Under the pieces are notes generated by a model, which did no database searches, was not told the origin of the DNA, and saw nothing but the letters and a program-made list of their open reading frames with translations. Of a stretch of 45,777 nt of DNA, positions 34,835-43,970 are shown one piece after another. The stretch's first letter is position 1. Every line of letters begins with the position of its first letter. The translations under genes and the position numbers were made by a program. This DNA is from Candidatus Doudnabacteria bacterium. GTDB taxonomy: Bacteria; Patescibacteriota; Doudnabacteria; UBA920; O2-02-FULL-48-8. The stretch spans positions 1 through 45,777 of the forward strand of contig JACQHB010000005.1 of NCBI GenBank assembly GCA_016199215.1. Reading direction: 5' to 3'.

Positions 34835-35872
34835 TTAATTGTTAAAATTCCCCACGTAAATTATCTCTTCTTCTAAATTAAGGCCAAATTTTTCCTTCAC
34901 AGCTTGTCGGATATTCGAGGTAAACGCCCTGATATCCGAAGCTTTGGCTCCGCCTAAATTAACCACAGTTAAGGCTTGCCGCGAAGAAATGCCGACCTTG
35001 CCCAAAGCATATCCCTTGCTAAAACCCGCCGATTCAATTAGCGCGGCCGCGGCTACCTTTACCTTGTCCCCTACATCCCAAAACCATGGAGGTTTGCACT
35101 TTTGCAGTTCTTCTTTTATCTTATCAAATTTTTTTTGCTCAACAACAGGGTTTTTGAAATAAGAACCGGCTGAATTGTATGATTCAAACCCGGGCATGAT
35201 CAAATGGCCTTTTCGCGCCCGAACGCTTAACACCGCGTCCCTGACAAGCGCTAAGGTTGGCGCTTGTTTATTGCTTTGGAAAAATTTAATGATATCCGGA
35301 TAAGTAACCGTTGGCAAACCGCCAGGCTTGAGCGCGAACTTAACAGAGGTCAACAGATATTTCCCGGGGTTCTGCTTCAAAAAGCTTGTCCGATAACCAA
35401 AACCGCAGTCTTTGGCAGAAAGAGTCTTGATTTCGAAGGCTCGCATATCTATTGCGGTCACGCTTTCAACCACATCGCCCACTGTCTGTCCGTAAGCGCC
35501 AATATTTTGCACTATCGCCCCTCCCAATGAGCTGGGAATCCCGGAAAGCGTTTCAATTCCGGCAAAACGACCCTCAACAGACTTTTGCACCGCCAAATCC
35601 CAAGCCTCGCCTGCTCCCCCTTCCAAAACTCCTTCTTGAGTTATTGACAATCCTAATATTTCGTTTTTGATTACTAATCCGTCAAAGCCTTTGTCGCTGA
35701 CCAAAATATTGCTGCCTCCGCCCAGAACAAACACTCCCAACTTGTTTTCAGCGGCAAACGACAATGCTTCCCTTGCCTCTTCCAGATTCTTTACTGAAAC
35801 AAAAAATCGGGCAGGCCCTCCAACCCTCATCGTCGTAAACAGCGCCAACTCTTTATTTTTTTCTATCTGCAT
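34835..35872 (-). CDS. murB: UDP-N-acetylmuramate dehydrogenase
   Basis: TTMRVGGPA, LGGGSNILVSD, GIPSSLGGA..QNIGAY, FGYRTS, SAGSYFKNP. Confidence 0.96.
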   Translation of the reverse strand: MQIEKNKELALFTTMRVGGPARFFVSVKNLEEAREALSFAAENKLGVFVLGGGSNILVSDKGFDGLVIKNEILGLSITQEGVLEGGAGEAWDLAVQKSVEGRFAGIETLSGIPSSLGGAIVQNIGAYGQTVGDVVESVTAIDMRAFEIKTLSAKDCGFGYRTSFLKQNPGKYLLTSVKFALKPGGLPTVTYPDIIKFFQSNKQAPTLALVRDAVLSVRARKGHLIMPGFESYNSAGSYFKNPVVEQKKFDKIKEELQKCKPPWFWDVGDKVKVAAAALIESAGFSKGYALGKVGISSRQALTVVNLGGAKASDIRAFTSNIRQAVKEKFGLNLEEEIIYVGNFNN

Positions 35873-35875
35873 ATT

Positions 35876-36610
35876 TTATTCTTCAAACCTGAATCTCCAC
35901 ACGGCCAAGGCATAAGCACCCACAGCCCAAATCAGGAGAAAGACTAAATCAAGCAAAATAGTCTGCCAGTTTCCAGGGGTCAAATAAATATTCCTTAAAC
36001 CATCAGCCAGATAAGTTGTCGGCAAAATTCTGCTTAGGGATTGAAGCGCAGAGGGAATTACTTCTATGGGATAAAAAATATTGCTCAGAAATCCAAAAAC
36101 AAATCCAATACCCGCGGTAATCGGCGCTACTGCTTCATAAGTCCCGCCAAAAGTGGAAATAACCAGGCCCAGCGGAAGGAACACGAACGCTCCAACTATT
36201 ACGAATAGAAGAATCAAAAGTAAATTTCCCTCAATAGGAGCGTTAAACATGAAAACCCCGATCAGAGTCAAAAGAAGCACTTGTACAAGCATAACTACGG
36301 ATCGCGCGGCTACCAGGCTTAGAATAAGCTCTGATTTTTTTATAGGCGTTGCCTGAAACCTTTTGATCACTCCTCTTGAGCGTAGATCAACAAACCAATA
36401 AGCCAGAGTATAAATCCCCCCTTGCATGATCGCAAACGCTGCGACCCCCGGCAAAATATAATCGGAATAATTTATCCTCATCAAGGAATCCAAAGGCAAA
36501 ACAGAAAGCACCACGTACATCCCCAAAGGCATGATCACAGTCCAAAAAAATCCCGAACGGTTGCGGTAAACGACCTTAAGATGACAGAGGAATAATTGCC
36601 AAAAACTCAT
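35876..36610 (-). CDS. ABC-2 type transporter permease
   Basis: RGVIKRFQATP, six TM, P.TY...GLR. Confidence 0.88.
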   Translation of the reverse strand: MSFWQLFLCHLKVVYRNRSGFFWTVIMPLGMYVVLSVLPLDSLMRINYSDYILPGVAAFAIMQGGIYTLAYWFVDLRSRGVIKRFQATPIKKSELILSLVAARSVVMLVQVLLLTLIGVFMFNAPIEGNLLLILLFVIVGAFVFLPLGLVISTFGGTYEAVAPITAGIGFVFGFLSNIFYPIEVIPSALQSLSRILPTTYLADGLRNIYLTPGNWQTILLDLVFLLIWAVGAYALAVWRFRFEE

Positions 36611-37518
36611 GACGTAAACTCCCTTCCTGTTAAGTCAAGATAAACATCTTCCAATGTAGCTGTTTTAACCATGAACCCGCTGAATTCAATATGGTTTGCT
36701 CTTAAAATCTCAAGTACTTTCGGAATTATCTCCAGAGAAGTAATTTCCAAAATGACTTTGGGGTAACTGCTGTACATCTTTTCCACATCCTTGACCAAAG
36801 ACCAAATCGAGGCGTCAATCTCCTCTTTTACAAAAAAAGAAACTTGAGTTGTCTGCCTAAGATTGTCAATTAACGTCCTTGGCTCGTTGATAGTAAGAAT
36901 CTCGCCTCGATCCATGATTGCTACCCGATCGCAAAGATATTCAGCCTCCTCCATATAGTGTGTTGTCAGCACTATTGTCGCGCCTTGATTTTTGATGTCC
37001 CTGATCAATTGCCAAAGCCCTCGTCTTGCTTTCGGGTCAAGCCCAGTGGTCGGTTCGTCCAAAAAAATAAGTTTCGGCCTATGGACCAAACTGGTCGCAA
37101 TGGTAAACCTTTGCTTCTGGCCGCCGGACAAGTTCTGATAAACTTCCGCCGACTTGTCTTCAAGCCCGACTAGCTTTAAAAGCTCGCTGTTGCCGCTGCT
37201 TTTATATAAAGAGGCAAATAACCTGATCAATTCTTTAAGGGTAAGAAAATCGAAGTAGCCGCTGGTTTGCAGCTGGACCCCAATCAGGCGTTTTACTTCC
37301 GTCGGATGATTTTCAATATCCAATCCCAAAATTTGGACATTCCCTGAAGTCTTTTTTTTAATTCCTTCCAAAATTTCAAGCGTGGTTGTTTTTCCCGCCC
37401 CGTTAGGGCCCAGAATCCCAAAAATCTCTCCTTCAAAAACTTCAAACGATATCCCTCTGACAGCTTCAAAGGAAAAATAATTTTTTATTAGATTTTTTAC
37501 CTCAATAACGTTAGCCAT
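36607..37518 (-). CDS. ABC transporter ATP-binding protein
   Basis: GPNGAGKTT, LSGGQ, LDEPTTGLD, TTHYMEEAE. Confidence 0.96.
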   Translation of the reverse strand: MANVIEVKNLIKNYFSFEAVRGISFEVFEGEIFGILGPNGAGKTTTLEILEGIKKKTSGNVQILGLDIENHPTEVKRLIGVQLQTSGYFDFLTLKELIRLFASLYKSSGNSELLKLVGLEDKSAEVYQNLSGGQKQRFTIATSLVHRPKLIFLDEPTTGLDPKARRGLWQLIRDIKNQGATIVLTTHYMEEAEYLCDRVAIMDRGEILTINEPRTLIDNLRQTTQVSFFVKEEIDASIWSLVKDVEKMYSSYPKVILEITSLEIIPKVLEILRANHIEFSGFMVKTATLEDVYLDLTGREFTS

Positions 37519-38902
37519 GTGCTATTTTTCTCGCGAGTTGGTCTATATCGCCGGCGCCCATAAAGATAATCATATCAAAATTATCCGCCTCCTGTCTCGC
37601 CATGTTTTCCGTTTCCGCAAGATTGGGAGCAAACCTTGCCCGAACCCCCAATTTTGTAAGTTCAGAGACCAGGTTTGCGGAGCTGATATCTTCCCCGTGC
37701 TCGCGTCCAGCGACGTCAAAAATTTCCGGGATAATCACGTCATCCGCGTTTCGCAAGGCTTCCACAAAATCACCGAACAATTTTTGCGTCCGGTTCCTAT
37801 GGTGCGGCTGGAAAACCAGCAAAATCTTTTTTTGCGGGTAAAATTCCTTTGCCGCCGAAAGCGTGGCAGTAATCGCGGCTGGGTGGTGTCCGTAATCCGT
37901 CACAATCGTTGCCTTTCCCGTCTTGCCCAAAATTTCGAATCTCCGCCAGGTTCCGGCAAATTCCTTCAAAACTTGTTCTATCACCGAAACATCGGCGCCC
38001 AGTCTGATTGCCGCAAGGACTGCTCCCAACGCGTTTGAAACATTAAATTTACCAGGGACGGCCAGTTCGAATTTCCCGATAAGGTGATCCTTATAGTGCA
38101 AATCAAAACTTTGTTTCCCCAAAGATACTTTCATGTTCATTGCCTGAAGATCCGCGTAATGATGGATCCCAAAAGTAAATTTATGCCCGCCAAATGCCCT
38201 TCCGATTTGAACCGCGTGCTCATCATCGGCATTGTAAATCAGCACTCCGCCATCCGGAAGACTTTTGACAAACTGCGTAAACGCTTCCTTTATTTCCGCC
38301 AGGTCCCTGTAATAATCCAGGTGGTCCTCCGCAACGTTAGTCAAAATAATCATGGAGGGATGAAGATTAAGCATATGCCGAAAATACTCGTCCGCTTCAG
38401 CGACAAATATCTTGGAATCGCCCAGCCGGGCGTTTGCCTGAAAACCGTCATTCTCGTTCTGTGATGAGAGTTTTGTCCCGATTACCACGGTGGGGTCAAA
38501 CCCTGCCGCGTCTAAAATTAGGCCAAGCATTGCGGTAGTTGTGGATTTGCCGTTTGTTCCACTAACAGCAACCCCAAACTTTCCTTCCATGAGCAAGCCG
38601 AGTGTTTGAGCGTAAGTCAAGGTTTGGATATTCTGCTGTTTTGCGATTTCTACTTCGATTATTCCCTGTCCCTTCGCAACATCCTCGCTATACACAACCA
38701 ATTCAGGTTTACGGATATTTGCCTGGCTGTGGCCGATAAAAATTACGGCCCCCAAGCGCTCCAGGTCTTGGGTAATCTTGGAAGCGCGAAGATCCGAGCC
38801 GGTTACTTTCTTGCCCATTGCCAAAAACAAACGGCCAAGAGCAGAAACCCCAATCCCGCCGATTCCTACAAAATGGACCCGGTTTATTTTTTTGACATCC
38901 AT
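37511..38902 (-). CDS. murC: UDP-N-acetylmuramate-L-alanine ligase; likely start MDVKK at 38902
   Basis: HFVGIGGIGVSAL, SGTNGKSTT, EADEY, DHLDYY, DYGHHP, FQPH. Confidence 0.95.
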   Translation of the reverse strand: MDVKKINRVHFVGIGGIGVSALGRLFLAMGKKVTGSDLRASKITQDLERLGAVIFIGHSQANIRKPELVVYSEDVAKGQGIIEVEIAKQQNIQTLTYAQTLGLLMEGKFGVAVSGTNGKSTTTAMLGLILDAAGFDPTVVIGTKLSSQNENDGFQANARLGDSKIFVAEADEYFRHMLNLHPSMIILTNVAEDHLDYYRDLAEIKEAFTQFVKSLPDGGVLIYNADDEHAVQIGRAFGGHKFTFGIHHYADLQAMNMKVSLGKQSFDLHYKDHLIGKFELAVPGKFNVSNALGAVLAAIRLGADVSVIEQVLKEFAGTWRRFEILGKTGKATIVTDYGHHPAAITATLSAAKEFYPQKKILLVFQPHHRNRTQKLFGDFVEALRNADDVIIPEIFDVAGREHGEDISSANLVSELTKLGVRARFAPNLAETENMARQEADNFDMIIFMGAGDIDQLARKIAHG

Positions 38903-39021
38903 CCCGTTAGAAATTCCAGTTTTAATATTAGCAATCTTGTAATTTTCCATAATGCCCACTAGGATTAGAAAACACCATTCTATTTTTTAATTTTAGGATT
39001 TTTATCTATTTCTAACGGGAT
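38901..39021. repeat. Inverted pair of family B motif, pair 2
   Basis: atcccgttagaaat ... atttctaacgggat; atccat on both outer sides. Confidence 0.85.
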
Positions 39022-39999
39022 CCATTGTTTTTGTTTCTGATGACTCTTAATCAAGTTTACTATTTTAGGCACGGCTTCCAGGGCGGCTCTTCGCCCTTCC
39101 TTATAAATCACTTGAAGGTTATCCGAATTCAGCTCTGTCTTTCTCCACTGTCTCACTTTAGGGGTAATCATCAAATCACAAGCCATATCGGCATCAGTCC
39201 ATCTGTCGGATATTTCCATCGAATGATCCAACGCCTTAGTCAAAATTTTAATGATTCCGGGATTTTTGCGCTTAGCTTCCGGGTTCTTGACGAGGTCCAG
39301 AATTTTTTTCATAAGCGTCATCTGCTTGCGCGTAAAATAAGAAAGTCCGGTATACTTTGTGACCATCCTGTATAATCTCCAATAAGGCAGTTTTTTTTCA
39401 TAAATAAAACGAGCGCCTGAAACATTGACTCCTATAACTATATCAGCACCCATTTCCCGAACCGGCAAGGTAGGAACTATGTTTACCAATCCGCCATCTA
39501 CCAAAAGCTTGCCCCCTAAAACTATGGGCGGGAACAGTCCTGGAACTGCCGTGGATGCTTTGACCGCCGTGATTATCTCTCCCCAACTCACAGTGACCAA
39601 CTCGCCCGTATTTACGTCAGCCGCCGTGAAACCAAGTTTAGGGTAACTGTTTTGGAAAGTTAAGCCATCTGATAATTTTTTAAGCACTTCTTCACCCTTG
39701 CCAAATTCAAAAATTCCGCCTTTTTTGCTCGTCAGCGACCACATGCCAACCAGCTTCTGCAGGCTGATGCTGTGCATGAATTTTTTAAAATAATCCAATT
39801 TATTATTGGCGTAAGCCACTGCCACAAGCGCGCCGGAAGAGCACCCAATCATGTAATCAATCGGGATTTTGTGCTCCTTAAAAACTTCCAGCACTCCAAC
39901 TTCGGTAATTGCCCTGCTTGATCCTCCAGACAAGGCTATACCGATCGTGGGCCTATTTAAGTTGTCCTGCGACAACTGATGCAATTTTGTCTTCTGCAT
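38980..39999 (-). CDS. Patatin-like phospholipase
   Basis: ALSGGSSRA, GCSSG (GxSxG), AVPGLFPP, LVDGG. Confidence 0.9.
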   Translation of the reverse strand: MQKTKLHQLSQDNLNRPTIGIALSGGSSRAITEVGVLEVFKEHKIPIDYMIGCSSGALVAVAYANNKLDYFKKFMHSISLQKLVGMWSLTSKKGGIFEFGKGEEVLKKLSDGLTFQNSYPKLGFTAADVNTGELVTVSWGEIITAVKASTAVPGLFPPIVLGGKLLVDGGLVNIVPTLPVREMGADIVIGVNVSGARFIYEKKLPYWRLYRMVTKYTGLSYFTRKQMTLMKKILDLVKNPEAKRKNPGIIKILTKALDHSMEISDRWTDADMACDLMITPKVRQWRKTELNSDNLQVIYKEGRRAALEAVPKIVNLIKSHQKQKQWIPLEIDKNPKIKK

Positions 40000-41059
40000 T
40001 TTGTGGCATTAGGTTCTTAATATTTTTGGAAAGTAGTTTCTGCCGCTGGGGATTAAACTTTATGATCGTGATCACTTTAAGAAACTGCTGGGGAATGGCC
40101 TCGTCTTTTTCCAAGACAATGGCCGCATGGGCGTCCTTGAGTATTTTAGCATTTTCTTCCTGATGGCTCCCGGGCATGGGCAAAATAATGGAGGCCTTGC
40201 CAGCGGCGGAAAGCTCCGCTATGGTCGAAAGCCCGGCTCTGGCCACAACAATATGGGCAAGGTTCAAAATAGCGGCATAAGGACCAAATGGGATTAATTC
40301 ATAAGGGTGGTAATTCGGGTGGGTAAAACTGATCAAATTTTTGCCTTTTCCAGTTTGGTGGATCACTTGGTGGGAAGATACCAGGCTTGAAAAAGTTTGG
40401 GCAACAAGCTGGTTGATTTGGGAAGCTCCGGTCGCCCCGCCCAACACCAGCAGAATCGGGAGCTGGTCATGGATGCCAAAAAACTCTTTTTGCGAAAGAT
40501 CGGGTTTTTTGACTTCCGAACGGACTGGATTGCCAACCCATTCGGGAACTGATATTTTCTCCTTTTTAAAAAGACCGGATCCAGAATGAAAATTTTTGGC
40601 AGTCTGTTCGAAGGCCGTGGTGATTGCTGAAGCCATGGGGATAACTAACTTGTTTGCAAGTCCTACTCTCGCGTCCTGCTGGTGAATGACGATTTTGGTT
40701 CCCATCATTTTCCCCACCCAGCACAATGGCACAGCGACAAAGCCTCCCGCGGAAAAAATCAGGTCAGGCCTGAATTTTCTCAAAATTTTCCAGCTGGAAA
40801 CCAGGCTTAACAAAAAAACAAAAACATCCGCTACGTTCATTAAAGAAAAATATCTCCGGAGCCTCGCTGCTCTGATTCCTACAAAATTTATTCCAGTCTC
40901 GGCAACCAAGATTTTTTCCGGCCCATTTTTGGTTCCGACAAATAAAAACTTCACGCCTGGAATTTGCTTTTTTAATTCTTCAGCCACGGCCAAAACAGGA
41001 CTCACCGGCCCGCCAGTTCCCCCGCCCGCCAATAGTATCTTAAACTGTTTTGATCCCAT
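39953..41059 (-). CDS. murG: Undecaprenyl-PP-MurNAc-pentapeptide GlcNAc transferase
   Basis: AGGGTGGPVSP, GGFVAVP, HQQD...GLANK, GNPVR, GGATGA, RAG.STIAE, HQEENA. Confidence 0.95.
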   Translation of the reverse strand: MGSKQFKILLAGGGTGGPVSPVLAVAEELKKQIPGVKFLFVGTKNGPEKILVAETGINFVGIRAARLRRYFSLMNVADVFVFLLSLVSSWKILRKFRPDLIFSAGGFVAVPLCWVGKMMGTKIVIHQQDARVGLANKLVIPMASAITTAFEQTAKNFHSGSGLFKKEKISVPEWVGNPVRSEVKKPDLSQKEFFGIHDQLPILLVLGGATGASQINQLVAQTFSSLVSSHQVIHQTGKGKNLISFTHPNYHPYELIPFGPYAAILNLAHIVVARAGLSTIAELSAAGKASIILPMPGSHQEENAKILKDAHAAIVLEKDEAIPQQFLKVITIIKFNPQRQKLLSKNIKNLMPQNAEDKIASVVAGQLK

Positions 41060-41081
41060 GTAGTCAGCCGATTTATCGGCT
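41060..41081. repeat. Palindrome family C copy abutting the murG start codon
   Basis: gtagtcagccgatttatcggct. Confidence 0.8.
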
Positions 41082-41098
41082 TCGTAGAGGCTTTTTAA

Positions 41099-42208
41099 TC
41101 AGCCAACTACGGAACCGTATAAATTAATAGTTTCTTGTGCTGCCATTTTCCAATTAAAATGCTTTGACCGCGATAACCCCAAGTTCGCCAGCTCTTCCAA
41201 CCGCTTTTCGTTTTTGAGCAAATTTTCTAGCACATCAGTCATATTTTCCAAATTATTCGGATCAAAATATTCCGCGCCCTGGCCCAAAATTTCTCGAAGC
41301 GTTGGTATATCGGAAGAAACAATAGGGACGCCGCACGATGCGGCTTCAAGAGCCGTAAGCCCGAATCCTTCTGACAAAGATGGCAGGACAAACAAGGTTG
41401 CTGCATTATACAAAGCCTGCATATCAGAATCAGAAACCCTGCCAGGGCAAACAATATGATCTGAATGGTTTACGCTTAAAATCTGTTGCTTAATTTCCGG
41501 ATAAAAAGGATCAGGCTCGCCTGCCAATACTAATTGCAGGTCCAGTCCCTTATCAATCATCCGGCTGAAGGCGCGGGCAAGCATTGGGAGATTTTTATAC
41601 CGCCTCCAAACTCCAACATAAAGTATAAAGGGTTTGGATATCCCGAATCTATTGGCTATTTGATCGAAGGCTTCCTGCTTATCCATCATCCTAAACGAAT
41701 CATTTGCCCCTTCGTAAATTGTCACTGTTTTGTCGTCTACATTTCCAAATACTTCCTGGATTTCGTTTTTCGTCCCATTGGAAACGGCGATAATTTTTTT
41801 TGCGGATTTAATCGCGTTCGACAAGACAAAATTATACGCTAGGCGGTGAAAAAAATGGGATTTTTTTCGGCCGGGAAATTTGGAGTGCGTCAAATCATGG
41901 ATTGTGACTATAAAAGGCTTGCGATAAAAAATAGGAACGTTGAAATGCGGAAAATGAACTAAATCCAAATTCTCTTTGTTCAAAACCCGCGGCAGTCTCA
42001 ACTGCTCCGCAACCGAGTAATGAGGAATGCCTGTAATAACAATTTTGCGGTTAAATTTTTTGTAGTCAGCCGATTCATCGGCTCTTCTAAAAAACAAAAC
42101 GTATTCGTTTTTCTTATCCATTTCCAAAATCTTCTGAGACAACTCAAAAATATACCTCGAAATCCCCGACCCCCCTCCCAGCATCCTTAAATCTAATCCA
42201 ATTCTCAT
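41099..42208 (-). CDS. GT4 (GT-B) glycosyltransferase
   Basis: RIGLDLR, VTIHDL, YVGV..RYKN, PSLSEGFGLTALEA..CG.P..SSD. Confidence 0.92.
   Translation of the reverse strand: MRIGLDLRMLGGGSGISRYIFELSQKILEMDKKNEYVLFFRRADESADYKKFNRKIVITGIPHYSVAEQLRLPRVLNKENLDLVHFPHFNVPIFYRKPFIVTIHDLTHSKFPGRKKSHFFHRLAYNFVLSNAIKSAKKIIAVSNGTKNEIQEVFGNVDDKTVTIYEGANDSFRMMDKQEAFDQIANRFGISKPFILYVGVWRRYKNLPMLARAFSRMIDKGLDLQLVLAGEPDPFYPEIKQQILSVNHSDHIVCPGRVSDSDMQALYNAATLFVLPSLSEGFGLTALEAASCGVPIVSSDIPTLREILGQGAEYFDPNNLENMTDVLENLLKNEKRLEELANLGLSRSKHFNWKMAAQETINLYGSVVG
42062..42083. repeat. Palindrome family C copy in frame inside the GT4 gene
   Basis: gtagtcagccgattcatcggct, encoding RADESADY. Confidence 0.75.
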
Positions 42209-42254
42209 AGTTTCTGAATCTTGCTTAACACTTCAAAATTCTACCGAATACTTT

Positions 42255-42289
42255 TAATACTGCAATACGAGAAAGTATTGCAGTATTAA
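42255..42289. repeat. Palindrome family D, copy 1 (TAATACTGCAATAC-gagaaa-GTATTGCAGTATTA)
   Basis: 14-bp perfect stem; 34 bp identical to 42804-42837. Confidence 0.95.
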
Positions 42290-42777
42290 ATCGGCAGTTG
42301 TTTTTTTCCTGTAGATTTCCTAATCGCTCCCCTAATCACATTCCTAGCACCCCTCAAGCCAGCTTTGGCCAAATTCTCTACCAAAACTTGTTCTCTAAAT
42401 TTTGGAAACCTTTTCCTTTCCAAAAAATCTTGATACTTATCTCTCCTCGCCTGATAGGCTTTGCCCAATGCTTGTAACTTTGCATGAGCAACTCTCAACC
42501 CCTTACCATCTCGAGCTAGAGTATTACTAACAGTTGCAATAGTGTGCTCTGTCACTTTTAGATCACTAGAAATCTCTTCGTAAGTTTGCCCTTCCAGTAA
42601 CCTCCTCGCTATCTCTAGTCTCTTTGCAAACATTTTATACTCAGTATGAGTAAAGAGATCCCGAAACAACAATCGAATATCTTCTTTTTTATCGATTAAT
42701 GTAAAAACAGACCAAAGGTTATTAATATAATAGCCAAAATCCTTAGGATCTAAATTCAGTCTAGACAGTTTCGTCAT
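42286..42777 (-). CDS. TrpR-like YerC/YecD family DNA-binding protein
   Basis: LFRDLFTHTEYKMFAKRLEIARRLLEGQTYEEI...L.V...TIATVSN.L. Confidence 0.88.
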   Translation of the reverse strand: MTKLSRLNLDPKDFGYYINNLWSVFTLIDKKEDIRLLFRDLFTHTEYKMFAKRLEIARRLLEGQTYEEISSDLKVTEHTIATVSNTLARDGKGLRVAHAKLQALGKAYQARRDKYQDFLERKRFPKFREQVLVENLAKAGLRGARNVIRGAIRKSTGKKQLPI

Positions 42778-42803
42778 CTAATAAATTATAGCTTGCGCTT
42801 TCG

Positions 42804-42837
42804 AATACTGCAATACGAGAAAGTATTGCAGTATTAA
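42804..42837. repeat. Palindrome family D, copy 2; supplies the -35 of the YerC-like promoter
   Basis: Minus TTGCAG-N17-TATAAT, 7 nt before the ATG. Confidence 0.93.
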
Positions 42838-43937
42838 GACGCTAAATGTTTAAAGTCCTGATACTTCCCTTCTACAAATTCCTTAATCTTCTTCTGGAAA
42901 ATCTTCTTATCGAAATTTTGGGCGTGCTGGCGGATGATATTTGGATCAAACTTCGCAGTATCAAAGCTTTGAATCGCCTGCTTTATCGATTCCGAAGATT
43001 GGGTTTCAAAAAACTTCCCAGTTACTCCTTCCTTGACAATCTCAACAGCACCTCCGGCTCTGTAAGTGATCACCGGCGTGCCGCAGGCTTGCGCTTCCAA
43101 CATCATAATCCCGGCGTCCTCTTCGGCTGGAAAAATGAATGCCTGGGCTTCCGAATATCTTTTCCGAAGCTCCTCGTCCGAAACACGACCCAAAAACTCA
43201 ATATTGCTCCTGGCCATTGCCCGAAGTTTTTCGGAGTTTGTACCAGACCCGGCAACTTTCAAGGGCAAACCAAGTTCGTTAAATGCGGAAACAACTAATT
43301 CAATTTTTTTATAAGGCTCAAGCCTTGAGGCCACAAAAAAATAATTCTCTTTCTTCCCTTCCGGATGGAAAAGTTCAGTATCTACAGGAGGCCAGATCAC
43401 CTCTGCGTCGCGCTTGTAATATTTCTTGATACGATTTTTCACGTTTTCTGAATTGCAAACAAAAAAATCAGGGCCTTGCGCGGCAAAATAATCCCATTTC
43501 TTCAAAACCTTAAGCACGGGACGCGCCAACCACTTGGCCCAAAAGGGATAAGGCTGGCTTGCTAAATAATCTTCTTGCTCTGTCCACAAAAATCTGGTTG
43601 GAGTATGGCAATAGCAAATATGAAGCTTACCCTTGGCTTTCACGCCTTTCGCAAACGAAGAGGCGTCTGAAAGAATTAAATCGTAATCTGAAAAATCAAA
43701 AGTCCTGACAGCGGAAGGCATAAGCGCCAAAAACCAGCGGTGATGATTTTTTGCCAAAGGAAGCCTCTCCAAAAAACTTATCCGCTTGTCATAAGCCTCA
43801 AAAATCCCTTTGGTTTTGTCTTTGTCATATATCAAAACATGGATCGTGGCATGCGGCCAGATCTCGAGAAAATTTTGGAGAACCCTTTCGGCTCCTCCAA
43901 GCTGCGTTAAAAATTCGTGAACTAAAGCTATTTTCAT
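42834..43937 (-). CDS. GT4 glycosyltransferase
   Basis: KIALVHEFL...GGAERVL, YCHTPTR, SRLEPYK, EEDAGI..LEAQACG.PVI. Confidence 0.92.
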   Translation of the reverse strand: MKIALVHEFLTQLGGAERVLQNFLEIWPHATIHVLIYDKDKTKGIFEAYDKRISFLERLPLAKNHHRWFLALMPSAVRTFDFSDYDLILSDASSFAKGVKAKGKLHICYCHTPTRFLWTEQEDYLASQPYPFWAKWLARPVLKVLKKWDYFAAQGPDFFVCNSENVKNRIKKYYKRDAEVIWPPVDTELFHPEGKKENYFFVASRLEPYKKIELVVSAFNELGLPLKVAGSGTNSEKLRAMARSNIEFLGRVSDEELRKRYSEAQAFIFPAEEDAGIMMLEAQACGTPVITYRAGGAVEIVKEGVTGKFFETQSSESIKQAIQSFDTAKFDPNIIRQHAQNFDKKIFQKKIKEFVEGKYQDFKHLAS

Positions 43938-43970
43938 AGTTAGATCCCCGATTGCTTGTCCTAACCTTCG

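Noticed and set aside
38903-38959. N-terminal extension of MurC (MGIMENYK...ISNG)
   Set aside because: Derived from intergenic DNA and the family B motif; homology starts at MDVKK.
38954-38963. Third, internal degenerate family B copy in each pair (34771, 38954, 45436)
   Set aside because: About 50 bp from the left arm in all three, but the matches are too weak (especially 38954) to claim without statistics.
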